Assembly (NCBI RefSeq): GCF_026210795.1
Contig: NC_089431.1
Location: 2,232,001 to 2,296,000 of the forward strand
Length of the DNA: 64,000 nucleotides
From: Rhizophagus irregularis
Taxonomy: Eukaryota
Direction of reading: 5' to 3'
The notes beneath the pieces are model-generated. The model saw nothing but the letters and a program-made list of their open reading frames with translations. It was not told the DNA's origin and did not search any database. A program made the translations under genes and the position numbers. Shown in pieces: positions 13,701 to 26,662 of this stretch; positions within the stretch are counted from its first letter, which is position 1, and each line of letters starts with the position of its first letter.

Positions 13701-16235
13701 TCGGTTCCCACCTCTAAAGATACTCGTGTTACTTCCGTAGCGAAAGTTTGTAGTTGATCTACCATAGTATTTATTGTATTTTTAAGATCCCATATCTCTC
13801 CTTTTACGTCAACTGTTATTTTTTTACTTAGGTCACCGCGTGCTACTGCTTTTGATACATTTGCAATATCACGGACCTGAGCCGTGAGATTTGCGGCCAT
13901 AGTATTGACATTGTCTGTTAGTTCTTTCCAAGTACCACCAACATCCTTTACTACGGCTTGTCCTCCTAATTTACCTTCTGTACCTACTTCTCTTGCTACT
14001 CTTGTTACCTCTGCTGCGAATGTTCTTAATTGTTCCACCATAGAATTTACAGTATTTTTTAAATCAAGTATCTCACCCTTAACATCTACAATAATTTTTT
14101 TGCTTAAATCGCCTTTGGCTACAGCGGTAGTGACCTCGGCAATCGATCTTACTTGAGTTGTAAGGTTTGCAGCCATTATATTCACGTTGTCAGTAAGCTC
14201 CTTCCATGTTCCACCTACATCTTTAACTACAGCTTGGCCACCTAATTTCCCTTCAGTTCCTACTTCCAAAGAAACACGAGTAACTTCAATAGCAAATGTC
14301 TGCAATTGATCTACCATAGTATTGATGGTGTTTTTCAGATCTAAAATTTCTCCCTTTACATCCACAGTAATTTTTTTACTTAAATCACCACGAGCTACAG
14401 CTTTTGATACATTTGCAATATCACGGACCTGAGCCGTGAGATTTGCGGCCATAGTATTGACATTGTCCGTAAGAATCTTCCACGTTCCATCGACTCCTTG
14501 AACTTCAGCCTGACCACCAAGCATACCCTCAGTACCGACCTCACGAGCAACACGTGTGACCTCGGCTGCGAACATACGCAATTGTTCAACCTAAGAATAA
14601 GATAGTTAGTAAAATTACAAACCAAACACAATCTACTTATTATAAGTATAAAAATAAGTACCATAGTGTTGATTGTTACTTTAAGTTCCAAGATTTCACC
14701 TTGTACAGGTACGGTAACTTTTCTTGATAAATCGCCACAAGCAACAGCTTTACATACTGTAGCAATATCACGCACTTGATTAGTAAGATTTGATGCCATA
14801 AGATTTACATTGTCGGTCAAATCTTTCCAAATACCGCCAACATCTTTAATATTCGCTTGGCCACCTAATTTCCCTTCTGTACCGACTTCAAGCGATACTC
14901 GGGTAACTTCAGTAGCAAAGGTTTGTAGCTGTTATTGAATGGATGAAAATAAAAAATTAAAAATTAAAAATTAAAAATTACAGTGTGATTAATCTTCAAA
15001 CCCTTTAAAAAGGATCTCAACTAAGTTAGTTAATTTAAAATATCTTACCTGATCCACCATAGTATTTATCGTATTTTTAAGGTCTAAAATTTCTCCTTTG
15101 ACATCAACAGTAATCTTTTTGCTAAGATCACCTCTAGCAACAGATTTAGATACATCAGCAATATCACGGACTTGAGCGGTAAGATTGGCAGCCATTGTAT
15201 TGACATTATCAGTTAATAGTTTCCACGTTCCGCCAACACCTTGGACTTGGGCTTGTACGCCCAATTTACCTTCAGTACCAACTTCATGAGCAACGCGAGT
15301 GACTTCCGAAGCGAATGAATTTAGCTGGTCAACTGCAAAATATATGTATGTATATATGATAAGTATAAGACCAATTCTAAAAATGTATATATTTTTTAGA
15401 AATACTTACCCATAGTATTAATAGTATTTTTCAAAACAAGAGTTTCTCCTTTTACTTCAACAGTAATCTTTTTACTAAGGTCACCGTGAGCGACAGCTGT
15501 ACATACTTCCGCAATATCTCTCACTTGTTTTGAATGGTTACTAGCCATCATGTTCAAATGGACCATCATATCCCTGAAATCACCTTCTAAATTTTCACTT
15601 TTAGATTGTACACCTAGTTTCCCTTCTTCGCCAACCTCGCGAGCAACATGAATAAGTTCAATAGATACTCTGTCAATTTTGTCGACCATGGTATTAATCG
15701 CGTTTCTTAGTGTTAGCATTGGGCCGGATGCAACGGGACAAATAACTCGTTTTTTAAAATCGCCACTAGTAACAGCCAAAGCAACGTTTGTGCATTGATC
15801 CAGACATTCCAGACAAACTCGATCACCATGTTCCAAGGAGGGTGGTGTATTAGGAGAACTGTCTGAATTTGAGTCGTGAATCTGATTATTTATATGATTA
15901 CTATTGATTTGATTGGTTTGACATTTATCAGAAGGTGGAGCTAATATAGCGGTTTCATTAGATTGTTTCACTTGGAGACAATCTTCATTATTAGTAGCGG
16001 GCAAAGAACTGTCTTTAATAATGACTACAGAATCATTTTCATTCAATAGTGATTGGTAACGAGCGACCTCCTCTTCCAGGTAAATATGTTTTTCTAGTAG
16101 TTTTCTTAAAACAGAATCAAATTGTTCAATTTGTTCATTACGTTGTCCTTGATAACGCACTGTCTTGCAATATTCCACATTGCCATCATTAATGTTTTGA
16201 AGGACGTCGGTAACGTATCCGAGAACGTCCGTCAT
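10788..16235 (-). CDS. NIK1: Group III hybrid histidine kinase (poly-HAMP, HisKA, HATPase, receiver domains), NIK1/OS-1 family
   Basis: Nine ~92-aa HAMP repeats plus a terminal HAMP; H-box [22 protein letters not shown] boxes [23 protein letters not shown]; receiver AEDN...ILMDVQMP...TKP. The stop is at 10887, or at 10788 if a last 78-nt intron is spliced. Confidence 0.95.
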
Positions 16236-17480
16236 GTATGATTATTGGATAGCGGTTAATGTCTTATCTATTTTATATCTAATTTTGTACTTTCTAATAA
16301 ATAGTTTAACAGCTTGTAGCTGGAAGTTTGAATGAATTAACTATAATTGCACCAAAGAGTACACGAAACGTGAAAAAAAATATTAAAACATATATGTAAA
16401 AAATATAAATAATATATAAAAGTAGATGTATTTTATGACAAATACCTAAATAACAAATTTGAGATGAAAAAGCGAATTTCTCTTAGAGAGTAAATAAGTT
16501 AACCACCCAAGAACTGGAGGGTGAAAGTTTCTTAACGGAACGGGGAAAAAAAAAAATTTTTTTAAAATTCAGTAAGTCAACATGTACAGTATGGTGATAT
16601 ATGTGTAAGGTGTAAAGCTTGCGTTATATATAATCGAAGCAAAATAAGGTTATTTCTAGGTTATTTATCACTATCACATAGAGTATCACGCATGAACCTT
16701 TTAAGTTTCTGAATTATCACAATAATATCAAATATGATCATATAGTTAAGCTTGAACATCTAGAATTCCAAAAAAAGTTTATACAGCCAAAGACACCAGA
16801 TAATTATAGTTAAGGTCATATGCTCTGCTAAAAATTGATTGGGTATATGACTTCCTATTATCTATAGCTATTGTTAAAACAATGCTTAATATTTTTATAT
16901 ATAGAGATGGTGAAAAAGTCGAGATCTATGGTAAAAAGTTACATTTTTCATATGCCGTTTAATTCCCTAATATTTGGCAATTATCCGCAGCCAGTTCACA
17001 GCTCACGTGATATGTAAAATCCACATGACATATAACAAAAGAATTCACATTTCAAAAAGTCCGTTATATTAATATATATATATATATACAAACTATAGTT
17101 GATAATACAAGTAATACATTTAACAAAGTAGAATTTTCACTAATAAAAACAGGGATGTATAATAATAATATAATGAGTAATATGATAATAAGAGAGAGAA
17201 AGGAATAACAACTAGTATCTACAAGTTTACAACAAATATATATACAAATTAAATCATAGCAAGAGAAATATACAAATAAAAGTTGATATCGAAAAAGCAA
17301 TTGTCCAAACATAGAAAAATAGGAAAAGCTAAATGAAGGAGTAATGTAAAATGCAATAAAAACGTGACAAAATCGCGTACGTTATCCTCTAAATAAATAA
17401 TTATTTACAAAAAAAAATGTTCAACAACATTTATTCTTACACTATTAAGCCTGAATAAATAAAATAAAACACCATATAAT

Positions 17481-19126
17481 TTACCAATAACGAACGACAC
17501 GGTATCGACATCCAACAAACTGAAATTCACGATTACCCATAATAAAATTTCTGGGCCAAGTGTTGTGAGTTTGATCTTTTTGTAGAGGACGTGTACCATT
17601 ATCTTGCGATAATTGTTGTAAAGCAACAGTAGCACTAATTGCTTCATAAAGGTCATGTTCAGTTAAAGGCGATGGTGTTTGTTGAGGAGATGTAGGATAA
17701 ACAGTTGGAGGAGGATACGGAGCGTAAGAATCTATATGTGAGTGATAGGAACTTTTTTTTTGGATAATAGTGCTACCGGAAGATTTAAACGAATGTAAAA
17801 TTTCGTTGTAATGGTCTTTAAACGTTGATTCGACAGCATTGGTAGGTGAGTATTGATACTTTAGATCATTATGTTGAGATGAACTAGAATAAGCTGAATC
17901 TGAACCACGACGACCGATAGTTAAGGTGTTCGGATCACATTCAGATGATGAATTTTCATCATCACCAAGACTACCATTCTCTGAGGATTGCTGCCTTCTT
18001 CGCTTGGACAATAGCTGATTTTCTATCATATTCTCAGCAAAATGTAGGTCCTCGGCTGTTCTCTTTTGTTTGCGCAAAATAACTAAATGACTATTGTTCT
18101 CTGCATTTTGAAATTTGGAGAATTGTATGGATTGATTAACTGCGGAGAAATCATTATGAATTCCGCACTTTACATCATTAATATTACCACCACTATTCTC
18201 TTCAATTGGTGGTGACATAATTATACTAGCTTTTATACCCTTGTCTTTATTATTATTCGTGACAGAAATATTGTCTACGCGTGTGTCCTTTGGTTTGCGT
18301 CTTTGCCGTTTCTTAGTTGGTACTGAGTCAGTGAGGGTCAAGCGGCCAAATCCAGGCTGTGTCGGATCCAGTGCTTGCGAAGGGAACAAGGGTCCAAACA
18401 AAGGAACGAGTTCTTCGCGAACAGCATAGCATGTCCGACGACAGAGCTCATATGCTTTTTCATATGGCATCCTTAAAATATTAAGAAAATAACAGCATTA
18501 AAAATATATTTATGATGCATTTAACTAATAATCAAGTAAATAATCAAAATGATGTAAAATAACATCCATAAGTTAAAAAAAAATATATTCAACGAACCAA
18601 GTTCCTTGGATTTTAAGAAATCCTCCTCTAACTTTCTTGATAGTTGATGCTAAATCCGGATGAGTATCCACTAATCTAGCAATATCGGCTTTATTATTAC
18701 CGAGGGCTTTCCATATTCCAGTAAAATGAACGTATCCATTCTCTCGATCCCACATAATTGGTTGATCATTAATAGTGAATTCATATACTGATCATATAAA
18801 ATAATAGATTAGTAACTCAGCATTTAAAGAAACTAATGGCATCATTAATGTTAATTACCAGGAATGTAACCTCGAGGATCCAAAGAAGTAGAATATTTTG
18901 TTCTCTTGATTTTGATATTAGTAACAGTATATGGACGGTAAGCCTCCGGTTCATTCTTGATCCCATCGTCGTCGTCGGAGACTTGTTGTTTAATAGTCCT
19001 TTTCTTTATCATAGCAGACTTGTGTCTCTGGCCTAATATAAGCGGTAAATTCTCGGTAACAGTTGTCTTTTGGCCAGTAGCACTTGTTTCGGGGAACGTT
19101 TTTAAAGTCGTAATTAGCTGAGACAT
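17481..19126 (-). CDS. APSES/KilA-N DNA-binding transcription factor (Xbp1-like subfamily), 3 exons
   Basis: IMWDRENGYVHFTGIWKALG...KKVRGGFLKIQGTWMPYEKAYELC...ELVPLFG across exons approx. 19126-18859, 18788-18597, 18471-17481, followed by a low-complexity C-terminus. Confidence 0.88.
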
Positions 19127-20064
19127 AAGATAAATGATTGTTCAAAAAGGTTATATTGTGAAACTAATTATGATAATTGCTCAAAGGGTTGATTCCTTGA
19201 GCAATGAATTTAAGGAGAAGAATTGGACAGAAAGTCTAGCAAATTTAGGTTAGATCAAGAACAGCCAAAGATTTTATGGTTGTAAAATTTAAATAAAAAA
19301 AAAGAATGTCCGAAAACCCGAATTCCGTGTTAGAATACAAGAAGAGTTAAATCGTAAGTGAAGGTAAAGTGGAGAAAAAAATTTTACTAGTATAAAATTA
19401 CAGAATTTTTGAAACGGCTTGTTTAAGGAGGGTGTAGTGGAATAGTTGGCGAATAATCGTACAAGATCGTGAATAGAAGAGAAGCAACAAAGAATGAAGC
19501 TCAAGGTAAGCAGAGGAAAGGATATATGAAAGAAAAGGGTAAAGAAAGGCGCGGACGGACTTAAAACTGAGGACCGAGGACAGTTTCCATAGAAGGAGTA
19601 TTGGTAACCCTGAGAAAATTTTAGCCTCACACGACTATAATGTTCCCGCAGTAGATTACCGTACTACCAAAGTTGTGATGAATACCCTTTCCCCCAGATT
19701 CTCGGACAAACACTTTGAATATACAGTATTATTGTAAATTTAATATAATTTATTTATTTATTTTATTTGTATACGGACCATTATAAAACAATGATGTAAC
19801 GGAAATCGGGAGGGAAAAACAGAACCACAGCGAATTTTAAACTATCTCTTTTAAGGTATAAATTGATATCAAGACATTTTGTAGTACAATAAATAATGAA
19901 TTTGGACACGTCCTCGTGACAATTTTACACCAACCTATTTGGCCAGAATTAAAGAAAATTTTGGCAAGTATTATGTCTGTCTCTTGAACAACGATCCATG
20001 CATATACTTATATACTTGTAATTTTTATTTTGTATTACGCATTATTTGTAAAAAAAAACAAAAA

Positions 20065-21764
20065 TTATTTCATTAATTCGATAAGTCCCAGCTCATGTTT
20101 TACTTGATCACCAGCAAAAATAGGCGGATAAAGAGATAGATTCGGTTTAAATGGTTCCAGAGGTTGTAAAATTTTATCACTCGCAACATGAAGAAAGAAA
20201 GTGGATGATATACGCCAGAGAGGACGATCTGGTCTTGTATTTTTGGCATCTTCAATGGCCTAAATTGTAAATCAATTAGAAAGGGTTTATTAAATATAAA
20301 GAATCAATAAGCTATTATTACCTTGATTGTATCTTCTGTTACTACAACTTCATGATATCCAGCTTTTACTTCACCACCCGTAATCCATTCGAATTGTTTT
20401 CCAGCTTGAACTACCGCGAAGTAATAAATTAATCGAAAAAAAAAGTTCAACAAATGAACAGTTTGGAACAAAAAAACATCAAGTTGAAAAAAATACCTAA
20501 GAGGTGACCATCTGGTACGCGGACCTGCATTTTTACGCCTCCATTACGTGGCCAAATGTGTAAGCCAGGAAAACGGGATTTTCCGTGAATAGTCCTACCA
20601 TTTAAATTAATAAACAAATATCCATCAAATTCGTTCAAATATGTGAAAGATTTTCAAATAATGTAATGCTAACAAGAAATTCAGGTCATAATGAAAACCT
20701 ATAAAACGAGGTTTCAGAAATCGTCAGCAAATAATTTTAAATTTGCATCATTAAAAGATTATTTACCGGCAAAAATGTTCCCAAGTTCCCCATACTTGTC
20801 TAAATCACTTCCAGTTGGAGCTAATAAATGTGGTCCATTTTTTGTAAGCTCAGGTAATTCATCGGCACGCATCCCAAATCCAACAGAAGCCATTTCAGCA
20901 ACACCAAGTACAACACGGTGCATTTGACTTCCCCATGCATTCATTATGGCAGGCCAGATATCCTTAAAAGCTATAAAATGCATTCCGTTAGTTCAGTAAA
21001 AAATGATAATTAAACATTCATAGGCAGACCTTCGGGAATTACAGGATCAGCGTTGAGTTGCGGATATTTCGTTTCTTTCGGGATTTCTCCAATTCGCCAA
21101 AAGAATCGCCATTTGGGATCAGGTCCCGATGTAGGCAAGGGTCTATTTTCTACTGGTATCTAATGGTGACCTTAATGAATTCAAAATATAGAAATTATAT
21201 TCAATAGTTATGGAATAACCACATACTTGACTAATTAGCTTTTGACAATCGATATCCTTGTGGCATTTAGGTTCTTCAGTGAATTCTGGAGTAACTCCAA
21301 CTTGAAAACCAACATCTGGACGTGCATCTTTAAGTTTAGCCTTCAATTTTTATTTATAATTATAAATGAAAATATTTTCAAGCGATTTCTTCATCTTTTG
21401 TCAATGCAAAGGCATTTGTTTACCTCTAATGGTTGAGCGAAATAATCTTCAAGTAAATCCTATATGAATCAATAGTAGATGTAATATATAGCAATAATGA
21501 ATTCTTGCACCATTCTAAAATTAATTACAAACCAAAAAACGAGAATTATCATCAGCCTTTACGCCTGAATTATTAATTAATAAAGCTCCATAGTCGCGTA
21601 AAGCATCCGCAGTCTAATAATACTAATATTAATAATATTGAAGCAATAAATTTTGCACCGACATATGAAATCTCCACCTTTTTACATTCATTTATTGCCG
21701 CTAAAGTTGTTTTATCTCTCATATAAAGATCAAAGTCAATTATAGGAAGAACAAAACTATCCAT
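20065..21764 (-). CDS. 2-oxoglutarate/Fe(II)-dependent oxygenase (isopenicillin N synthase-like fold), multi-exon
   Basis: N-terminal LPIID, then PDPKWRFFWRIG, HYD (HxD) in GFHYDLNFLTIHG, distal His in AGYHEVVV, and RxS in WRISSTFFLH. Confidence 0.85.
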
Positions 21765-22149
21765 GTTGGAAATGTTGGAAGTAAAATAAAATAATAAACA
21801 CCCTGCAGACCTGCATTAATAAAAAACACGTGAATTTATTATACATGGCGCAGCTGAAACATATTTCGCGTTTTATTTAAACTATTAATTCAAGTTTCCT
21901 CTGTAAAGAAATCATAATCCTATTACAGTTGAAAACGAAATTTTTTAAAAAAAGTGAATATAAAGGGCCATACTAATACTTGTTATTTACCTTTTAAATA
22001 CAAACTCTATCAGTACCAAATTTTTTGATAATTAAATAAAAAATGTTGCAAAGGATTTAACAAAAACGTTTCGCAACGTTTTTTTTTGAAAATTTGTACA
22101 AAAACGTTTTTTTTTTTGACTAAAATTATGGCTAGACATAAAAATATCA

Positions 22150-22455
22150 AAATTTTTGATGGAGATATTATTCTAATTATAATATAAATATCGTTACTAT
22201 ATGTAAATTTATGAGTAGAACAAGTTTCCCTTAGTTTATTATAAGTAAAATACAATTTTTGTGATTAGTATCAACTCAGTTGTTTTACACATTTATTATT
22301 TAAATTGAAATTATTGAAAAAAAATTGATGATGTTTTTTAACTTTGGCCAAAATTATAATTTTTGGCATGCTTACTTTTACCTTGAAAAGGAGGAGAGAA
22401 TTCTGAATTAAGTGGTATGGTAATAATCACCACTGGTGATATTTAGCAATACTCC
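22150..22455. mobile_element. Truncated copy of the MITE at 52432-52862 (right part including the TIR)
   Basis: Collinear similarity (GAGATATTATTCTAATTATAA...GGCCAAAATTATAATTTTTGGC...ATCACCACTGGTGATATTTAGCAATAC) to about 52505-52862. Confidence 0.8.
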
Positions 22456-22820
22456 TATAAAAATATAGGCCATGTATATGTAATTATAATATTTTATTAT
22501 CAAGTTCATTATATAAAGACAATTTTTGTAAAGTTCTTAAAGAGAGTTTTTAAATATATTTGCTATATACATGTCCTAGTTTTGTAATATATCTGTAAAA
22601 GAAAAACTTCTTATGATGTTGACTACATAGATCTACACCTTTCTAAAGAAGTAAGTTGACTACCTTCTATTTACTAATGCATTTTTCCAATGGTACATAT
22701 TTAGTTAATTTAAAAGGTATAAGTTTCGTTGCGAAGCCTACTGTCTTTTTTTTCATTTTTTTTAACAGTTGTTATTTTTAATAATAGAAAAATTTAGCTA
22801 ATATTTAGTAAACTTTAGTA

Positions 22821-23099
22821 CACTGGTAAAAAAATGGTCTATCCTACACATATCCTACACATATCTTACATATATCGGGTACTCAAAATGTAGAAAATCA
22901 TACACAAATAATACACATATCATATACATATCGGGTACTTATATATATAGTATACCTATCGAGTACCTGATATATGTATGATATATATATTAGTACCCGA
23001 TATGTGTATAATATGTGTATTATTTGTGTATGATTTTCTACATTTTGAGTACCCAATATGTGTAAGATATGTGTAGGATAAATCATTTTTTTACCAGTG
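22821..23099. mobile_element. CACTG-type (CMC/EnSpm-like) MITE, long hairpin
   Basis: Termini CACTGGTAAAAAAATG...CATTTTTTTACCAGTG, 3-bp TSD GTA on both sides, and subterminal CACATATCGGGTAC motifs. Confidence 0.85.
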
Positions 23100-23979
23100 G
23101 TATATAGATTATTATAATGTATTTTAATAAAATAATTTGTTGTTTAATAACATTTAGTATTGTTATATTAATATAATTTATATAAATAATAAAATATTGA
23201 TATGATGTTTATTATCTTTAAAATAATGTACATCGTAATATATGGGCAATGAACATTTTGAATTGGTGATGAACATCAAATATTGTGATATCAATAGTAC
23301 ATTGCAGGGTCTAATGTTTAACATTTTTTTATGATATATATCAAGTGACCAATGTACATTTGATTAATATTTTTCCTGTAATTTTCTGATGCATATTACT
23401 TTTAGGAAAAAAATTATTGGAAAAATAGAAATAATACTTGGTATAGCTATAATATGCTCTTATACAATATAGTATTTATAGAAAATTTTATAAAAATAAG
23501 CAAACTAAATAAAGATAATTCCAGTTCTAATGTAAATATTATATCAATTACAAGTGATATTTAAGACTTATTTGATATTGTGTAGGCAGATTTCATTATA
23601 AAACACTCTGAATATACTACTGAACTTCATAAAAATAGGTTATACATATATTTAAAAATAAGTCTTCTTCCATTATTTTATATAATATATCTGAAAAAGA
23701 CTTATTTTAGAATACATTTTTTGTCTAAGTTTACTTTAAGGATGCTTGTCAAAACTATTTTTTTAAAATTTTAATATAATCAAAATTCAATTTGAATATA
23801 TTTTTTATAATAAACATTAGGAAGTTTTAAGCGGCCATATAATGTATTGAACAATGCCATGTGTTACTCAACTTCAAAAAGTATTGAGCAATAAATCCTT
23901 TGTAAACTGATGCCACTTAAAAATGGTGAAAAACATATATTTTAACATGTAAAATAACAGCAATGTGTTAAATAACATG

Positions 23980-24275
23980 AGGACCCCGGATATCTAATAT
24001 AAAGGTCATAATGGACTTTTGGCCAAAAACACCCTTTTTGCTGAAACTCAAAAAATCGTTTTTTGTAAATATCTCAGCATCCAGTAATTCAATTTTAATG
24101 AACTTTTTTTTATTTTGTAGCCCTCATATAGCTCTACAATTTAAAAAAAAGTTCATCAAAATTGGACTACTGGATGCCGAGATATTTACAAAAAACGATT
24201 TTTTGAGCCCCTGAAAAATGGGCCAATCTGCTGAAAGTGTGACTTATGACCTGTTTTGGAGATATCCGGGGTCCT
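23980..24275. mobile_element. MITE with 8-bp TSD (superfamily uncertain; hAT-like TSD length)
   Basis: TIR AGGACCCCGGATATCT...AGATATCCGGGGTCCT; ATAACATG is duplicated at 23972-23979 and 24276-24283; internal palindrome of about 55 bp per arm. Confidence 0.85.
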
Positions 24276-24739
24276 ATAACATGTATATTGGCATCAATTA
24301 ATGCATTGATTAACAGTATCAACAATGTAAAAAGCGTATATTAAATAGTGTCAATTAAAATGATATAATGTAAATTCTTTATTAATAAATTATTGACTAT
24401 TACTACTTATTATCTATTAATTATTAAATACAAAGTTTCGTAACTTTTAGTTAATGAAATTTACCATCTATCCACTAATAAATCTAAATTTAAAACATAT
24501 AACAAAGTTTCGTAACTAAAGTTATAAAATTTATCATCTAATCCCAAATTCAAAAGTTTCGATTGATGTCTACAAAAGAAAAAAAAAGAAACGTTAAAAA
24601 ACGTTTCTAATAGTAAAAAAATAAAAATAAATACGAAAACTTCCCAAAATTTTGCGAAACTTATCATTTTTATAGACTGAAATTCCAAAGTCCTACAAAC
24701 AAAAGGAAAGAAAATGTTAACTAACATTCTCAATAAAAA

Positions 24740-25020
24740 AAAATATATGGTAATTTATGAAACTTACTATTTTTACCTGAACTTATAAAAAAAATGAAAA
24801 GAACGGTTAGTAAACCATTCCATTATAATAAAAAAAATAATAATAAAACCAAGATTCATATTTGTATCCTATGAATCTTAGTTCATCCATTTGTCAGAAA
24901 TTTTCTGAACCTATAAAAATCAAAGAAAAGAACGGTTATTAGTAACCATTCATAGTGTTTTTTTTAAAAAAAATAAATAAATAAAACCAAGATTCAGAAT
25001 ACTTACGAATCTTGGTAGGA
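24740..25020 (-). repeat. Tandem intron-like/short-exon repeat units
   Basis: On the minus strand: repeated TACTAAC/T-CGTTCTTTT...AG|GTTCAG and CCAAGATTC-GTAAGT-...-GAATCTTGG; the same units recur at 36770-37250. Confidence 0.6.
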
Positions 25021-25294
25021 TCCTGAATAATACTAATATAACTCACAAGTAAACTTTAAGTACTGAAGTAAAAATACATTTTATAATATAACTCTGTCAA
25101 TATTGAAGCCAGAAATTCGATTTTACTATCATTAGAATCCTCTCATTGAGACGAATCCAATGATATAAATTTTATTAAAATCGAATCACTGGTTGTGTTA
25201 AAAATAGGGGTATGTGGGATAACAAATTTTTAAAAATACTTCTGTAATACGCAACTTTTGAAAAATTTTAATATAAACTCTACACAACTCAAAT

Positions 25295-26560
25295 GTGAGT
25301 GTATCACAAATCAAGGATATTTATAACGCCTTTGTTTCCGCAATGCGTTTCAAAAAACTGACCTCTGCACAGTTAGTATATCTACATTCTGCTGTTATTC
25401 TCCCAAAGGTTCACTTTCAATCGCAAGTCACGTATATTCCTAAAATAACACTTGTACGAACCATTGGATCATATTATATTCTACACAAGAAACTCCTTTC
25501 TCTTTCCCGTACTTTTTCTTCTTTGGCTTTGTCATTAAAATTTTTTAATGAAGATACCAATCCATATACATATTTGTGTCAATGACTTATTTTTCGTTTT
25601 ATGGTTTAGGTTTCCCTATATTCCTCTGGTTTCACGTATTCCAACTGGATTATCATCACTTTCTGTACCTTTCAAGCAGCTCTGAAATAGCTTTCTTCTT
25701 TAGACAAAATTTCAAATTTTTCTAAATGGAATTCTGGTCAAAGGTCAATTTACCACAATTGGATTTTTCAGACTTTACGTATCCTTTCTGAAAGTGGTTT
25801 AAATATCAAGCTTCCTGTTGCCCTCTGTCTGGATTTAATGCCTTCTCATTCTATACCACTGGTCACTCTATCATCTGAACTTGCAAATTTTGAGAAAGCT
25901 ATTTGGTTATTTTCTCCACTTTGGTGTCTCATGCAACTTGTTGATCCTTTTCACCAATTTATTTATACTTGGATGGATCTTAAAAAAATGAACTTGGTTT
26001 CTAAAACTGGCAAAACCCCTTTCTGGTTTATTCATCTTATCAACATACCTGATTTATTTTCTTATTTACTGGCTGTTAGTACGTCTGTACAATATCCTTC
26101 CTATTTATTAAAATTACAAGACTCTGCCCTTGCTACTATTGACGAGCACTTTCATCTTGAAGCCCGCAATCAGTATTATTGGATCGTGGAATTAGATGGT
26201 GCTAATTCTATGATTTTTGGACGTGTGTTTTACACTGTTAATATTTATAGCACTCGGATTGTCTATTTCTCGCATTGGATTAACTCTTCTTCTAATTGGC
26301 CCTTTATAACTCCTTGTCAAGATTGTTCCTTGCATGACGAATCGTTAGTAAATGGTCTTCTCCAAGTGTGATCTGTTAGATCCAAATTGTCTTATCGATC
26401 CTGTTTAACGTTTCTTCCTTCTTATAGATGTTTACAATTATTTCATATGTCTTCACATATAGATTCTACTTGTAATAATATTAATTTATTTCTTTCTCCT
26501 TTTTTGTTATGTTCCTTTTTTAAAATTTTATTAGAATATTCTTATGTCCATATTAAAGCT
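25295..26560 (+). pseudogene. Decayed fragment of LINE ORF2 (post-RT region), related to the element at 27930-36114
   Basis: KKLTSAQLVYLHSAVILPKVHFQSQVT aligns with AKLSSKQVVYLHNAVLIPKLEYRMQVT; GKTPFWF with GRIPYWY; YWIVELDGANSMIFGR with NWIVTLDDLGSPIFGK. Multiple in-frame stops. Confidence 0.85.
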
Positions 26561-26662
26561 CTAATCGGGTCAGTTCTAATCTGATAACCTGGACTGAAAA
26601 TTCAGATTGGTCCAGTCTGGATTGATGCTTTAACCCAGACCAAAATCACTGGTCAAAAACCA

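Noticed and set aside
11570..14156. Plus-strand ORFs (11570, 12503, 13251, 13884)
   Set aside because: Antisense shadows of the histidine kinase exons.
19289..19630. 113-aa minus-strand ORF upstream of the APSES gene
   Set aside because: It has a non-ATG start and a Phe/Ser/Leu bias from a pyrimidine-rich tract; more likely 5' UTR or promoter.
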